In this document: one piece after another, positions 51,707 through 64,000 of the stretch
Position numbering within the stretch: position 1 is the first letter of the stretch
Layout: the number at the start of each line of letters is the position of its first letter
From: Paraspadella gotoi
Taxonomy: Eukaryota; Animalia; Chaetognatha
Assembly (NCBI GenBank): GCA_051294375.1
Contig: CM119269.1
Span: forward strand, 23,169,497 to 23,233,496
Reading direction: 5' to 3'
Length of the DNA stretch: 64,000 nucleotides
Notes under the pieces: model-generated
Seen by the model: only the letters and a program-made list of their open reading frames with translations
What the model was told of the DNA's origin: nothing
Database searches by the model: none
Translations under genes and position numbers: made by a program

Positions 51707-53454
51707 AAGGAAAAATGAAAAGATATGTGACTGAAATAGAAAGAATTCCATGAAGTAGATTCCTCCATCGATTTTTAATTTTGTCAGAACGTTTACTCAT
51801 TTTTTACCCTATTTTTTTTGACAACGCTAAACGTTTCTCTGATTACGCGAAGTAGATTGTGGAATCAAAAAACTAGTAATATCAATATGTTAGTGTTTAT
51901 GTCTCGAATAGACGGAAAAAAAATCCTCGTTTAAAATTCATTCGGAAGTGAGGTAACGAAGCCTTACCAGTGGCATTGTCACCGTCGAACATCTAGAAAA
52001 TAATTATTTTTTATTTAATATGTTTGAAAGGGAAAATACAAAAATTCAGAATGCGGGTTCTGCTTGTATGCACATCAAGTAAAAATGTTTTTAAAAGTTT
52101 TAGGCACTTCCATGTCCTGGGGCTTGGGGGCAAAAGGCGAATTAAAAATTTTACCTTTTAATCAGTAAACAATGACATTCAAGATGAGTAGATTTTAATT
52201 TTTTTTCTTCACTGAAATTTTTATTTTAAGAAAGAAAAAAAGAAAGCTAAAAATAAATTATCTTTTTTTTCTATTTTAAAAAAAAATTATCAATACATTT
52301 AATACTAATCATATTGTCTTGCTTTCAAATATGTCCTCAGCTATGTAATTTTTAAAAATTTTATTATGATAAACATGCATGTGTTTCAATCTTTGGTTTG
52401 CAGTTGAAGATAATGAAAAATGAACGATTTTTTTCTCCACAGACAAGAAGGTAGACGTCCAGACTGTTTATATTAAGCTGAAAACATTTTGTATTTATCA
52501 TTTTTTATATTCAAAAAAAACATTTTATCAAGCTACTACATAAATTTTTTGCTTGTTTTTTACTTTAACTGAAAAAATGCAAGCAATTTTATGCAGTAGA
52601 GAAAATTTAATTGTAATCAAAATGTAATTAGTCTTCCTTTTTCTAAATTAAGAAAGAAAAACAACAAATTTCATATAGCTTCAATGAAATTTTTAATTGC
52701 AAAAAACTGTTATATACTTTAACTTCGATTTAAATAAAGGCTGTTTAAAGATTATGGATAAAATTTTAATAAAACTTATTTAGAAAGGTGTCCCATGATT
52801 AGGGCTTAAATTTAATACCTCGCCCACGTTCCTATCTCTTTTCTTTCAAAAGTTATTCAAGAAATAACTTTTTTTTTACCGTTAGAGAACTAAAGATTTG
52901 AACTTCGCAGTACAAATCTTTGTAATAAAAATTTCGGCAGAGCAGGAGTATCTCTCAATTTATCCTATTGGTACAAATACCTAAATTTCAAAATAAAAAC
53001 CTAAAGAAAAATTTTCTGCCTCTAGAGACTTATGACTTATCAGGTGTACCAAATTGTCTTACTCATTTATCGATTATGTTGGAAGAAATCAGTGAAACGT
53101 TTCCTCTTTTTTTTAAATAGTTTGTACTAGCGCGTCAGAAATCTAAGAAGAAACTCGAAAATTTTATTCTGACAAATTTTTGCCTTTCAAGGTGACGTTT
53201 ATGACTATATCTCAGAAATCATTGTAGGAATTTTAAAAAACGGTTTTTTGCAAGTGAATATTGATATCATCCTCCAGGGACCGGCATAAAAAATATATAA
53301 AAATATAATATGATATGTAGCTCGCGGGTGAGGTATCTACATGAAGGAAACATTATTATTGACGAGAGAGAGAGAGAGAGAGATGAGAGAGAGAAGAGAG
53401 AGAAAGAGAGAGAGAGAGAGATGGAAAAAATTTCCGAATACTTAAGTCGGATGA

Positions 53455-53920
53455 TTGAAGACGTAAACGCGAAGAAGTGATTGAAAAGAGGATAGGAGGG
53501 AAAGAATAGGAGGGAAGAGAAAGAAAAAGAAGACAAGAGAAAGAGAAGAAAAGAAAAGAAAAAAGAAAAAAGAAAATAAACGATGGAAAGAGAGGAATAG
53601 GAGGAAGAGAAAAGAGAAAGAAAGAGAGAAGAAAAGAAGAAAAGAAAAAAAAAAGAAAAAAAATGATTAACGATTGAAAGAGAGGATAGGAGGGAAGGAA
53701 AAGAAAGAAGAGAAAGAAGAGAGAAAGAAAGAAAAAAAAAAAGAAAGAAACGATGAAAGAGAGGAATAGGAGGAAGAGAAAAGAAAAGAAGAGAAGAGAA
53801 AGAAGAAAGAAAAAGAAAAAAAGAAAAAAGAAAAGAAACGATTGAAGAGAGGAATAGGAGGGAAAGAGAAAGAAAAGAAAGAAGAGAAGAAGAAAAGAAA
53901 AGAAAAAAAGAAAAAAAAGA
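53455..53920. repeat. ~90-bp purine-rich tandem repeat x5, followed by (AAT)n to 54040
   Basis: Recurring aacgattgaaagagaggaataggagggaagag. Confidence 0.85.
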
Positions 53921-53978
53921 TAATATTAATAATAATAATAATAAAATAATAATAATGATAATAATAATAATAATAATA

Positions 53979-54026
<48 letters not shown>

Positions 54027-54104
54027 TAATAATAATAATTAATTTCTGATATCCAAAGTACCTCAAGGACCGATAAATCATGGTGAAATAAGTATTACCA
54101 AGAA

Positions 54105-54437
54105 CGTTAATTTTAATGAGTTGTGCTTCGGTAACTTTAATTAATTAATTAATTAATTAATTAATAAATTAATTTATTAACATTAATTTCAATGAGTTGC
54201 GCCTCAGTAACTTTAATTAAATGATTAATTAATTAATGTTAATGTCTATGAGTTGCGTCTCAGTAACGTTAATTTAATATTAATTAATTAACGTCAATTT
54301 CAATGAGTTGCGCCTCAGTAACTTTAATTAATTAATTAATTAACATTAATTCTCAATAAGTTGCCCTCAGTAACTTTAATAAATTAATTAATTAATTAAT
54401 AACCATTAATTTCAATAAGTTGCCCTCAGTAACTTTC
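54105..54437. repeat. ~60-bp tandem repeat x6 with conserved core and (TTAA)n linkers
   Basis: Core tgagttgcgcctcagtaacttta. Confidence 0.9.
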
Positions 54438-54978
54438 TTTCATGTGTATTTCCTGGAGATCACGTGGCTAATAATGAAAGTTCCACTCGCATTGGAATAA
54501 GTGTTTTATTCTTCATATGATTTCTTTAGAAAAACAAAAGGCAGCGCTTGTAGTCGCTTAGAATTCAGGCTCTTTCCGGGACAAAGAAAAATATCAAAAG
54601 AGCAACGAAATGTTAAACGAAATAAGCCGCATTTCTTTTGTGATCTCGTGACCGTATTTTTACCTGGTCACCTGACTAAACAAATGCCATAAGCATTTAC
54701 TAATATCTTACAAGTCAGCCAAGTTGAACTTAAAATTGGGATGAGCATCGTTTCTAAACAACTCATTGTTTTATATCAATTTTGGTAGCGTTCGATAGAC
54801 AATTGCAAACATTATCTACATGCATAATTTCATCATAATCCGACAATCCGTTCAAAAGTAATCGCCAAAAGCAATCGCAAAAATCGCTCTTCAAATCGAT
54901 CAACTTTCGCTAATATCGAGCTCGTTTTGATCCAACAAAGATTAGTACTATGCGTAGTACTAAGCTTTAGAACCGGCG

Positions 54979-55644
54979 CACAGTGAGATCCTGACCTGAA
55001 TTTTTCAGAAAAATCCCGTTCAGTTAAAAATAATTTTTTATTATATATTAATTATAAGAATAATATTTTAAAAATTTATTTAAATATTAAATAATTAAGA
55101 AATAATTTTATATAATTTTAAATAAATAAAATAAATTATTTTATAATAAAATATATATTATTATAAGATTATATAATAATAATAAATAATAATAATAATA
55201 ATAATAAAATAATAATTATAATTAAAAAAATCAAATTAAAAAATAAAATATTTATATTTTATTTATTATTATTATTTTATTTTTATTATTATTATTATTG
55301 TTATTATTATTAAAATAAAAAATTAAATTTTTTTTGATTTTTTTATATTTAATATGATTATTATATTTTATTAAATTAAATTTTATTTTAATCTTATATT
55401 TTTTAATTATACCATAATAAAAAAAAATTATCGCAGTTTAAAAAAATTAATTAATTTTATTGTAAAATATAATTTTTTATATATATATATTTTTAATATA
55501 TAATACTACCTTTCTCGGATTGAATAAAAAATTTATTTTTAACACTATAATTATATTATATAAATATTTTATATATTATATAATAATATAAAAAATTTTA
55601 AAAAATTATTTTTCTAGCATTTAGGGCTCACAAGCAACACTGTG
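54979..55644. mobile_element. Transib-like non-autonomous element (MITE), 666 bp
   Basis: Ends CACAGTG...CACTGTG; flanks CGGCG / CGACG (5-bp CGNCG TSD, 4/5 match); nearly pure A/T interior. Confidence 0.65.
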
Positions 55645-56159
55645 CGACGATTTTTGTTTTTAATAAGTTTTTATTGAACTTTTTTTAAATTTTGCAATTA
55701 TATTGAGAAAACGCTTTTTGAATTAAGCCCGCGCTCTACCTGATTTGAATAGTAAAATCAATACAGTATCTGTCAATTGTGTTCAAAATTGAAAAAAATG
55801 AAGGCTTGACTATACAGTTTTCACTTAAAAAACCAGTTCATTTGATTGCTTTATCAAGCAATTAAGATTGCAGAATTTTAATTTGGCTTTTTTTCATCAT
55901 GTAGAGAAGACAATAAGGTTTCGGAAACTGTACTGATATGTATGATTTTGGTCTTTTTTACTCAAGAGCCAGGAGGTTTTCTTGGAATAGGGAAAAAACG
56001 GTCTGACCAATCCATTTAAATACCATTTTTGGGCATGATAAAATGGGAATTTCGATCGCGCTCTACCTCCATTGGCTTCCCAAGACGCCAAGCTTTCGAA
56101 ATCTGCCCATATTGACATAATTTGTTTTAGCCTTGACTATGCAGTTTTGAATAGAAGTA

Positions 56160-56517
56160 AAATATAAAAGAATCTTGATCGGAGCTTCGATTCGAACGAT
56201 TGCGCATCTCTATTAAAATGAATCAGCAGTTCATGAAAATATGCAGCCTATAAGTTATGGTCATGTGAGAACATTTTTATTCAATCACGTGACAACACAA
56301 ACATGATACATATGCCGCATTAAAGTTCTTATGATATCATACCTTCAACAAAAATGAACTTCATTGATGCATAGTTAACCGACTTTAAAACGTAAGACAG
56401 ACAAACGGACAGACCGACAGACCAACCGACCGACAGACCACCGACCGACAGACCGACCGACCGACACTCAATTCTCTTATGGAGTTGCTCCGCGGGAAAT
56501 CGCGGCACAACTAAAAA
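56160..56517. mobile_element. Diverged HINE copy, opposite orientation
   Basis: (gacc/gaca)n then cttatggagttgct-ccgcgg-gaaa-tcgcgg-cacaactaaaaa; left boundary approximate. Confidence 0.6.
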
Positions 56518-56645
56518 TTCGGCATAATAAATAATGATAACAAAAAAGCAAGGAAACTAGGCATAATATTTAACCACATATGAAATAAAATTGGTGCAAA
56601 CCATATAAAAAAAATCTTAAAAGCATAAGGAATCGAGCCTACTTT

Positions 56646-56860
56646 TGATGATAACCAAATATTGATGCGATGATAACCAAATATTGATGCGATGATAACC
56701 AATAATTGATGCGATGATAATAAAATAACTGATGTGATGATAATCAAATGATTGATGCGATGATAGTCATTCATTGATGTGATGATAATCATTCATTGAT
56801 ATGATGATAATCATCATTGATGCGATGATAGTCATTCATTGACGCGATGAGTCATTCATC
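56646..56860. repeat. 22-bp minisatellite
   Basis: gatgataaccaaatattgatgc units. Confidence 0.85.
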
Positions 56861-56891
56861 GTAAATAAAACAAACAAATGCGTGTATGAAT

Positions 56892-56944
<53 letters not shown>

Positions 56945-57893
56945 TGAGAGAGGCTGGTCAGTTTTCACTCTCGTTTATATAAAGTATAATCAGAAGCTGG
57001 ACCGCCCTGCAGAGCTGAACTCGTTTTTCGACGTATCTGAGTAGGGACGAACTCTTTTCCTTTCCTTTGAATGAAATTTTAGATTGTTCTTTTTTTTAAG
57101 AAGAAACCAGACCGAGGTCAAATTTCATATTTGCATATTTAACTAATTTATAAATATTTATCCCAACTCAAATATTATTATTTTAAAAAAGAATAAAATG
57201 ATTAAATATATACACTAAAAAATTTACAATTTTAAAATTGTAAAAATTATTAGATAACAAAAAAGTAATGTTTAATTTGACAATATCTCTCTTCTCAACT
57301 CCTATTTTAGATATAATTTGCCATAGTGGCCGACCGGTCCAAAGTTACAGTAATAAACAAAAACAAAAAAAATTTTTTTGTTAGAAAGTTATATATGTAA
57401 AAAAAAAAAAAAAAAAATATATATGTAATTAAATTAATCCGCGCAATTGCCGGACATATAGCAGCTATATGTACAGCAGCAAGCTGATGTACATGTGACA
57501 TTGCCTGCATTATAAGTTATTTTTCCTTTTTTCTAAAAGGAATCCATGAAAATCTCGGATGTAAATTTGGGATTTTGTATAGAGAAAAAAATAAATGGCG
57601 ATAATAAAAGTTTTTAGAAGAAAAAATAATAAGAATTTTTCAAAAACGAACGGTCGGTACATAGAGAGAGAGACAGAGAAGAGAGAGAGAGAGAGAGAGA
57701 GTGAAAAAAAAGTGACTAAAAAATTTTTTTTTGTAAAAAAAAAAAGAGAGAGAGAGAGAGAGATAGAGAGAGCCGGAACTCGTTTACTCGTCGCGCAGTG
57801 ACGGAGGTAAAAAAACGGTGACTAAAAATTATTTTGTACAAAAAAAGAGATAGAAAGAGAGAAAGAGAGAGAGCAGACAGATAGAGAGAAAGA

Positions 57894-57935
<42 letters not shown>

Positions 57936-58025
57936 GGAACACGCTGTTTACTCGTTTACAAGTGAATAAATTTTTTTTTGTAAAAAAAAAAGAGAGAGAG
58001 AGTGAGAGAGAGAGAGAGAGACGAG

Positions 58026-58092
<67 letters not shown>

Positions 58093-58442
58093 TTTTCCCG
58101 CCAACGATACGCAATATTAGGTCACTCTTGTTTATATCGGCCGTGATCTCGGTCAAGTTGATTTTTTTATACACGTAACGCGTTATTAGGTCATGTTCCT
58201 CGACATTGTTTACTCGTTGCCCCCGCAACGGCCACGAAATCCAGGATGAAGTTAGTTATTCTTCACATTTTCTCAAAAAAATCCACGAAAATCTCAGATG
58301 TAAATTTGGGATTTTGTATTGAGAAAGAAGCGCGGAATAAAATGGCGATAATAAAAGTTTTTAGAAGGAAAGAATAATAAGAATTTTTTCAAAAAACGGT
58401 GGTAAAACAAAGTGAATAATTTTTTTTTGTAAAAAAAAAAAA

Positions 58443-58475
<33 letters not shown>

Positions 58476-59189
58476 GATGAGGAGAGACGGAGGGAGACGA
58501 GAGAGAGAGAGAGAGAGCCTGAACTCGTTTTTTTAAACGATTCAAGAAAAGGCAGCGCCTGATCAAATATATATGTTTTTAGAAAAGAAAAAAATAATCA
58601 GAAATTTTTCAAAAAACGAACGATCACGCAAGAGATCGCACACAAAGAGAGACGAGAGAAACTGAACTCGTTTTAAACGATTCAGAAAAGGCAAGCGCCT
58701 AAAAAAAAATATATATAAATTAAAAAATAAATAAAAGAAAGGCAAAAAATGTTACAATGGTTTACAATTGGAAACTTTTCCAATTTTTTCCAATCGCAGC
58801 TTGTAAAAGATTTTATTTTTATTTGTATTAAAATTAAGATATAGCTTTCTCATTAAAAAAATCCTTTGAAGTTCCCATTTTTATTAGAAATTTAAAAAAA
58901 ATTTTTGAATTTCATCTTCAATATTATATACTGCAATATGTAAATTAGCTTAAAGCATTCTATATACTAATTTGGATATTATAATGAGTACTATAATCTC
59001 ATTTGCATATTGCAGTAAATCATAATGAAAGTGGAAATTCAATACAAAAATTACTTAAATCCAAATGTAATATAGAAATAATCACAGCTATTTTTCAAGA
59101 TGAAAAGCCATATCTAAATTTTTTAACTTACTATGATCGCACACTTTTGTAAAACTTTATCATAATTCATAATATTTTATTTTAAAAAA

Positions 59190-59345
59190 AAACGGTAATC
59201 ACAGCCAAACCTATAAAAGCGTAGTGAGTTTTTATATATGAAAACAGCGTACCACGACGAACGACGACGACGACGTCACAAAGAAGCAACCCTAAAACAT
59301 TATAAGAAGCCTGACCCGGCTTCGCCGGTCAGGCTCGATAATTAA
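59190..59345 (+). mobile_element. 3' end of a second Helitron/Helentron-type non-autonomous family
   Basis: (GAC)n, tataagaa, GC hairpin agcctgacccggc-ttc-gccggtcaggct, then AT terminus; left boundary unknown. Confidence 0.5.
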
Positions 59346-59490
59346 CCAATCAATTGGGAAATAAAGCTATATTGCCCTGACTTTGGAAAGCTTGGTAAGG
59401 CTCTCACTTACAGATTGCAAGCATCGCATTTCATCAAGTCTCAAATCTCTTACACCCTGAGCATGAGGAACCTCTGTAATTCCATTGTCA

Positions 59491-59723
59491 TTATAAACTA
59501 TTATCACCTCCATCATCATCATCATCATCATCATTATCATCATGATCATCATCATCATCACCATCATCACCTCCACAACTGTTTCTTTTTCTCTTCGGTT
59601 TTTCGACTTCGGGAATTTTCGAAAGTTTGTCATTCAAAGGATCATAAGTCGCATCTTTGAATTCTTTTTGAGTTAAACATCGACCGTTGTGGCAAACTTT
59701 CTTGCCATCAGCGCAGGGGGAAC
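59491..59723 (-). CDS. Terminal exon of ADAM/ADAMTS-like cysteine-rich protein with poly-Asp tail
   Basis: (CT)n-AAG acceptor, phase 1: GSPCADGKKVCHNGRCLTQKEF...KPKRKRNSCGGDDGDDDDDHDDNDDDDDDDGGDNSL*; G[TS]xCxxGKxCxxGxC is the ADAM Cys-rich terminal motif. Confidence 0.7.
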
Positions 59724-59924
59724 CTTTGGGGAAAGAGAGGGAGAGAGAAACAGAAGAGAAAAGAAAGAGGGGGAGAGAGAAAGGGAGGGGAAGAGGGAGG
59801 GAGAAAGAGAGAGAGAGAGAAAGAGAGAGAGAGAAGAGTCTTGTCTAGTCTATTTCCCTTCCTTATGACATAAGTTATGTCTTCTCTCTCTTTGTGGTAA
59901 CGACGCGACAATTCCTTTCCTTTC

Positions 59925-60450
59925 TCTCGACAGTACGACAGTACCTTCCCTTCCTTTTAACAGTACGACAGTACGACAGTACCTTCCCCTTCCTTTTGAC
60001 AGTAAGACAGTACTTTCCTTTCTCTCGACAGTACGACAGTATGACAGTACCTTCCCTTCTTTTTGACAGTACGACAGTACCTTCCCTTCCTCTCGACAGT
60101 ATGACAGTACCACAGTACCCTGCCTTCCTTTTGACAGTACGACANNNNNNNNNNNNNNNNNNNNNNNNNNNNNNNNNNNNNNNNNNNNNNNNNNNNNNNN
60201 NNNNNNNNNNNNNNNNNNNNNNNNNNNNNNNNNNNNNNNNNNNNNNNNNNNNNNNNNNNNNNNNNNNNNNNNNNNNNNNNNNNNNNNNNNNNNNNNNNNN
60301 NNNNNNNNNNNNNNNNNNNNNNNNNNNNNNNNNNNNNNNNNNNNNNNNNNNNNNNNNNNNNNNNNNNNNNNNNNNNNNNNNNNNNNNNNNNNNCTCGACA
60401 GTACGACAGTACGACAGTACCTTCCCTTCCTTTCGACAGTCCGACAGTCC
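59925..60450. repeat. Minisatellite of GACAGTAC octamers plus cttcccttcc linker, spans N-gap, intronic
   Basis: ~27-35-bp units. Confidence 0.9.
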
Positions 60451-60627
60451 CTTCACTCCCTCTCGCTCTTTCTTTTCACTTATTTCCTCTCCAATTTCCC
60501 ATTATCTTCTTTTTCATAACTGACATTATCATAACATTCATCTTATGATCCTGTTATTGTAAATGTGTTTTACTGACATTAGAAGCATAATTAATCACAT
60601 CATTCTCATCATTCATTCATATCTTAC

Positions 60628-60762
60628 CACTTGGAGCCACTCCTGGGTTGTGAGAATAAATGGGAAAATAAGCGAAAATCTCTCCCTTTGGCAAATCAAC
60701 CAAGAATTTCTCAGAAAAGCCTTTGAGAATTTCTGATTCTTGAGCGGTGGTCAGATCGCCAC
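60628..60762 (-). CDS. Penultimate exon of the ADAM-like gene
   Basis: ctctccttcCAG acceptor, G|GTAAGA donor, 135 nt phase 1 to 1: GDLTTAQESEILKGFSEKFLVDLPKGEIFAYFPIYSHNPGVAPS. Confidence 0.75.
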
Positions 60763-60869
60763 CTGGAAGGAGAGAGAGAGAGAGGGAGAGATAGAGAGGG
60801 TCGGGAAATGAGGTCAGGTCATGAAATGAAGTATGGTCAGCGGGTCAGGTCAAGAGGGGTCAGGTTGAT

Positions 60870-60954
60870 TTAAGGTTGGCGGTCGGAATAAGGAGAGATA
60901 AGATGATATCGAGAGAGAGAAAAGTATCGAATGGTCATAAAGAAAAGAAAGAGA

Positions 60955-60993
<39 letters not shown>

Positions 60994-61543
60994 GGAGAGA
61001 GTGATTGAGAAGAAAGTTTTAGGTTAGAATGTAGGAGAACAGAGAACAGAGAGGAGAGAGAGAGGGGAGGAAGCGGAGAGAGAATAGGGAGAAGACTGAG
61101 GAGGAAACGAGAGAAGGAGAGGAGAGGGAGATTAGAGAGGTTGAGGGTGAGAAGAGAAATGAAGGGATGCAGCAAGGGAGGGGAAGACGTCGAGAAGAGG
61201 GAAAGAGATGAATCGGGAAGAGAGAGAAAGGAGGGAGAAGACAGAAGGAAGAATGGAGAGAGAATCGGAAGAAGAGATGGGCGCGAGGAAAAGGGGAATG
61301 AGAGGATAAGCGGGGTTAAAGGGAGGGGAGAGAGAGAGAAGAGAGAGAGAGAGTAAAGAGAGAGAGAGAGAGAAAGCAGAGAGAAGAGAGAGAGAAGGAG
61401 AGAAGAATAGAAGAAGAGAAGAGAGGAGAAGAGAGGAGAGAAGAGAAAAAGATGAGAGAGAGAGAGAGGAGAGAGAGAAAGAGAGAGAGAGAGAGGAGAG
61501 AAGAGAAGGGAGAGGAGAAGAGAGAAGGATAGGGGAAAGTGGA

Positions 61544-61574
<31 letters not shown>

Positions 61575-61631
61575 AAAGAGAGAGAGAGAGAGAGAGGGAG
61601 AAGAGGGGAGAGAGAGAGAGAGAGAGAGGAG

Positions 61632-61663
<32 letters not shown>

Positions 61664-62272
61664 AAAAGAAGAGAGAGGAGAGGAGAGAGAGAGAGAGAGA
61701 GAGTAGAGAGAGAGAGAAGAGAGACAGAGAGAGAGGGAAAGAAAGAAGGAAAGGAGAAAGGAGAGATAGAGGAGAGAGAAAGAGGGAGAGAGAGGAGAAG
61801 AGAGGGGGAGAGGAGATTGAGAGAGAAGAGAAGAGTGAGAGGTGAGAGAGAGGGACAGTAGAGAGAGAGAGATGAGAGGGAGTAGAGAGAGAGAGAGAGG
61901 GGAGAGAGAGAGAGGTTAGAGATAGAGATGATAGAGAAGAGAGAGAGAGAGAGAGGAGCGGCAACGACCCCCAGGGCGGGCCAAGGAAAACATTTTTCTT
62001 ACTCTCTTTTGTTGTGTTTCTTCTCTCTCTCTCTCTCTTTCTCTCTCTGCTCTATTTATCTCTCTTTCTCTCTCTTTATCTCTATCCTCTCTCCTCTCTC
62101 TTTTATCTCTCATCTCTCTCTCTCTTTAACATTATATATCATATATCTAATATCTCTCTCTCTCTTCTCTCTCTATCTATATTTATCTCTCTTTCGTCTC
62201 TCTCTCTCTTTATTCTCTTCTCTCTCTCTCTTTACTCTCTCTCTCTCTCTCTCTTACATATTATATATATCT

Positions 62273-62316
<44 letters not shown>

Positions 62317-62329
62317 TTATATATCTCTT

Positions 62330-62363
<34 letters not shown>

Positions 62364-62471
62364 TTCTCTCTCTTTAATCTCTCTCTCTCCTTATCTCTCT
62401 CTTCTCTCTCTCTCTTTATCTCTCTCTCTTTCTCTCTCTTTATCTCCTCTCTCTTATCTCTCTCTTCATCT

Positions 62472-62506
<35 letters not shown>

Positions 62507-64000
62507 TCTCTCTCTCTCGCCTCACAAAGAGAGAGGAAATCATCATTCTTCTTCGTNNNNNNNNNNNNNNNNNNNNNNNNNTCGTCTCACAGTGATTTTT
62601 GTTTTGTGAAACTTCGTCTAATAGTTTCTTTTCTTTTTGGTTATCGTCGTCCTCGTCGTCGTCGTCTTCATCGTCGTCGTCGTCGTAGACATCTTCTTCG
62701 TTGTCGTCGTCGTCTTCTTCATCATCATCGTTGTCGTCTTCAGCATCGTCCTCATCATCATCGTCTTCGACGTCATCTTCATTATCATCGTCGTCTTCAT
62801 CATCTTTGTTGTTGTCGTCTTCAGCATCGTCGTCGTTGTTTTCTTCTTCATTGTTTTTGTCATCGTTATCATCATCATCGTCGTTGTCGTCTTCATCGTC
62901 GTCGTCGTCTTCATCACTATCGTCTTCGTCATCGTCGTCATCGTTTTTTTATTGTTCTTTTAATGTTATTATTATTGTTATTGTTTGTCTTATTGTTATT
63001 TCTTCCTTACATCGTTTTTCTTCCACGATTTTCTTAAAACCTTAACCTCCATGTCCTGATCCAATAAAACCTTGCCCTAACTTTTTTGCCATGTCTTTCT
63101 CTCCGTGGAATGCTTCTCTCCTGCTTGAATTCTCTTTGCGATCCTTTCCACCTTGTCCTCTCCTCTCAGGCTTGTCTTCTGATCTTTTTATTAGCTTTTA
63201 ACCATGTCTAATCCTCTCAGACATGCAATTCTCACCATGTCTAATACTCTCTCTGCCATGCCATTCTCACCTTGTCTAATCCTCTCAGCCATGTCATCGT
63301 CCAATATCCCCGAATGAGTCATGATTCTTTTCCATCTTTTTTCTCCGAATCTTCGTCTCATGATTTCGTGAAAATCAGAGCGAAGAAGGATGTTGTTGTT
63401 GTTGTTGTTGTCGTCGTTGTTGACGGAGACGTTGCCGATAGCTCAAAAGGAGAAAAAAATAGGAGATATGATTTATCTTAATTATTTATCTATTAATTAT
63501 TTATTTATCTATTAATTATTTATCTATTATTTATCTATTATTTATTTATCTATTAATTATTTATCTATTAATTATTTTATCTATAATCAACAATGACGAC
63601 GACGATGACAACGATGACAACAATGAAGAGAACAACGATGAAGACGACAACAACAAAGTCAACAGAAATGATGTCGACGATGACAATAATAGCAACGAAG
63701 AGAACGACAATGAAGACGACGACAACAATAAATTATGATGACGACAACGACAACAGCAATGAAGAAAACGACAATGAAGACGACAACTACGACCAAGTCG
63801 ACAGAAATGATGACGACGATGACAATGATAGCAACGAAGAGAATGACAATGAAGACGACGACAACAATAAATTATGATGACGACAACGACAACAGCAATG
63901 AAGAAAACGACAATGAAGACGACGACGACGACCAAGTCGACAGAAATGATGACGACGATGACAGCAACGAAGAGAAAGATGATGAAGTCAACAGAAACGA
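60870..64000. repeat. Low-complexity block: (AG)n/(CT)n then (TCG)n and (GAC/AAC)n
   Basis: Simple repeats; similar AG/CT tracts at 3340-3420, 5330-5770, 6200-6450, 25555-27250, 29670-31900, 39940-40480, 43760-44120; (AAT)n at 25210 and 29158; (CTAT)n at 31000-31285, 32480-32910, 41248-41370. Confidence 0.95.

Noticed and set aside
63200-63340. Minus-strand MERIMTHSGILDDDMAERIRQ with AAG|GTGAGA donor
   Set aside because: Donor lies in a ~30-bp triple repeat and no phase-linked partner exon could be established

Overview
AT-rich, microsatellite-dense, intron-containing eukaryotic DNA, most likely an invertebrate animal. The supplied ORF track is mostly repeat noise; real genes appear only after splicing by hand. 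The assembly has N-gaps (four of exactly 25 N) and indel-rich patches that falsely duplicate or fold back segments. Genes reconstructed from splice signals with matching intron phases: (1) a minus-strand type II membrane protein (about 18218 to <17) with a ~375-aa cytoplasmic tail (FxNPxY), one TM helix and a SEA domain (GSVVV), running off the left edge; (2) a divergent plus-strand secreted Kazal/follistatin-like protein (29250-44234); (3) minus-strand degenerate PLAT/lipoxygenase-like exons (48666-49811, second fragment 45880-46000); (4) the last two exons of an ADAM-like Cys-rich protein with a poly-Asp tail (59491-60762). Mobile DNA: a Tc1 relic, Helentron/DINE-1-like (HINE) elements, a Transib-like MITE with RSS-like ends, and minimal hammerhead ribozyme motifs of the Penelope-associated type. 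All family calls are from motif recognition by eye; no searches were run.
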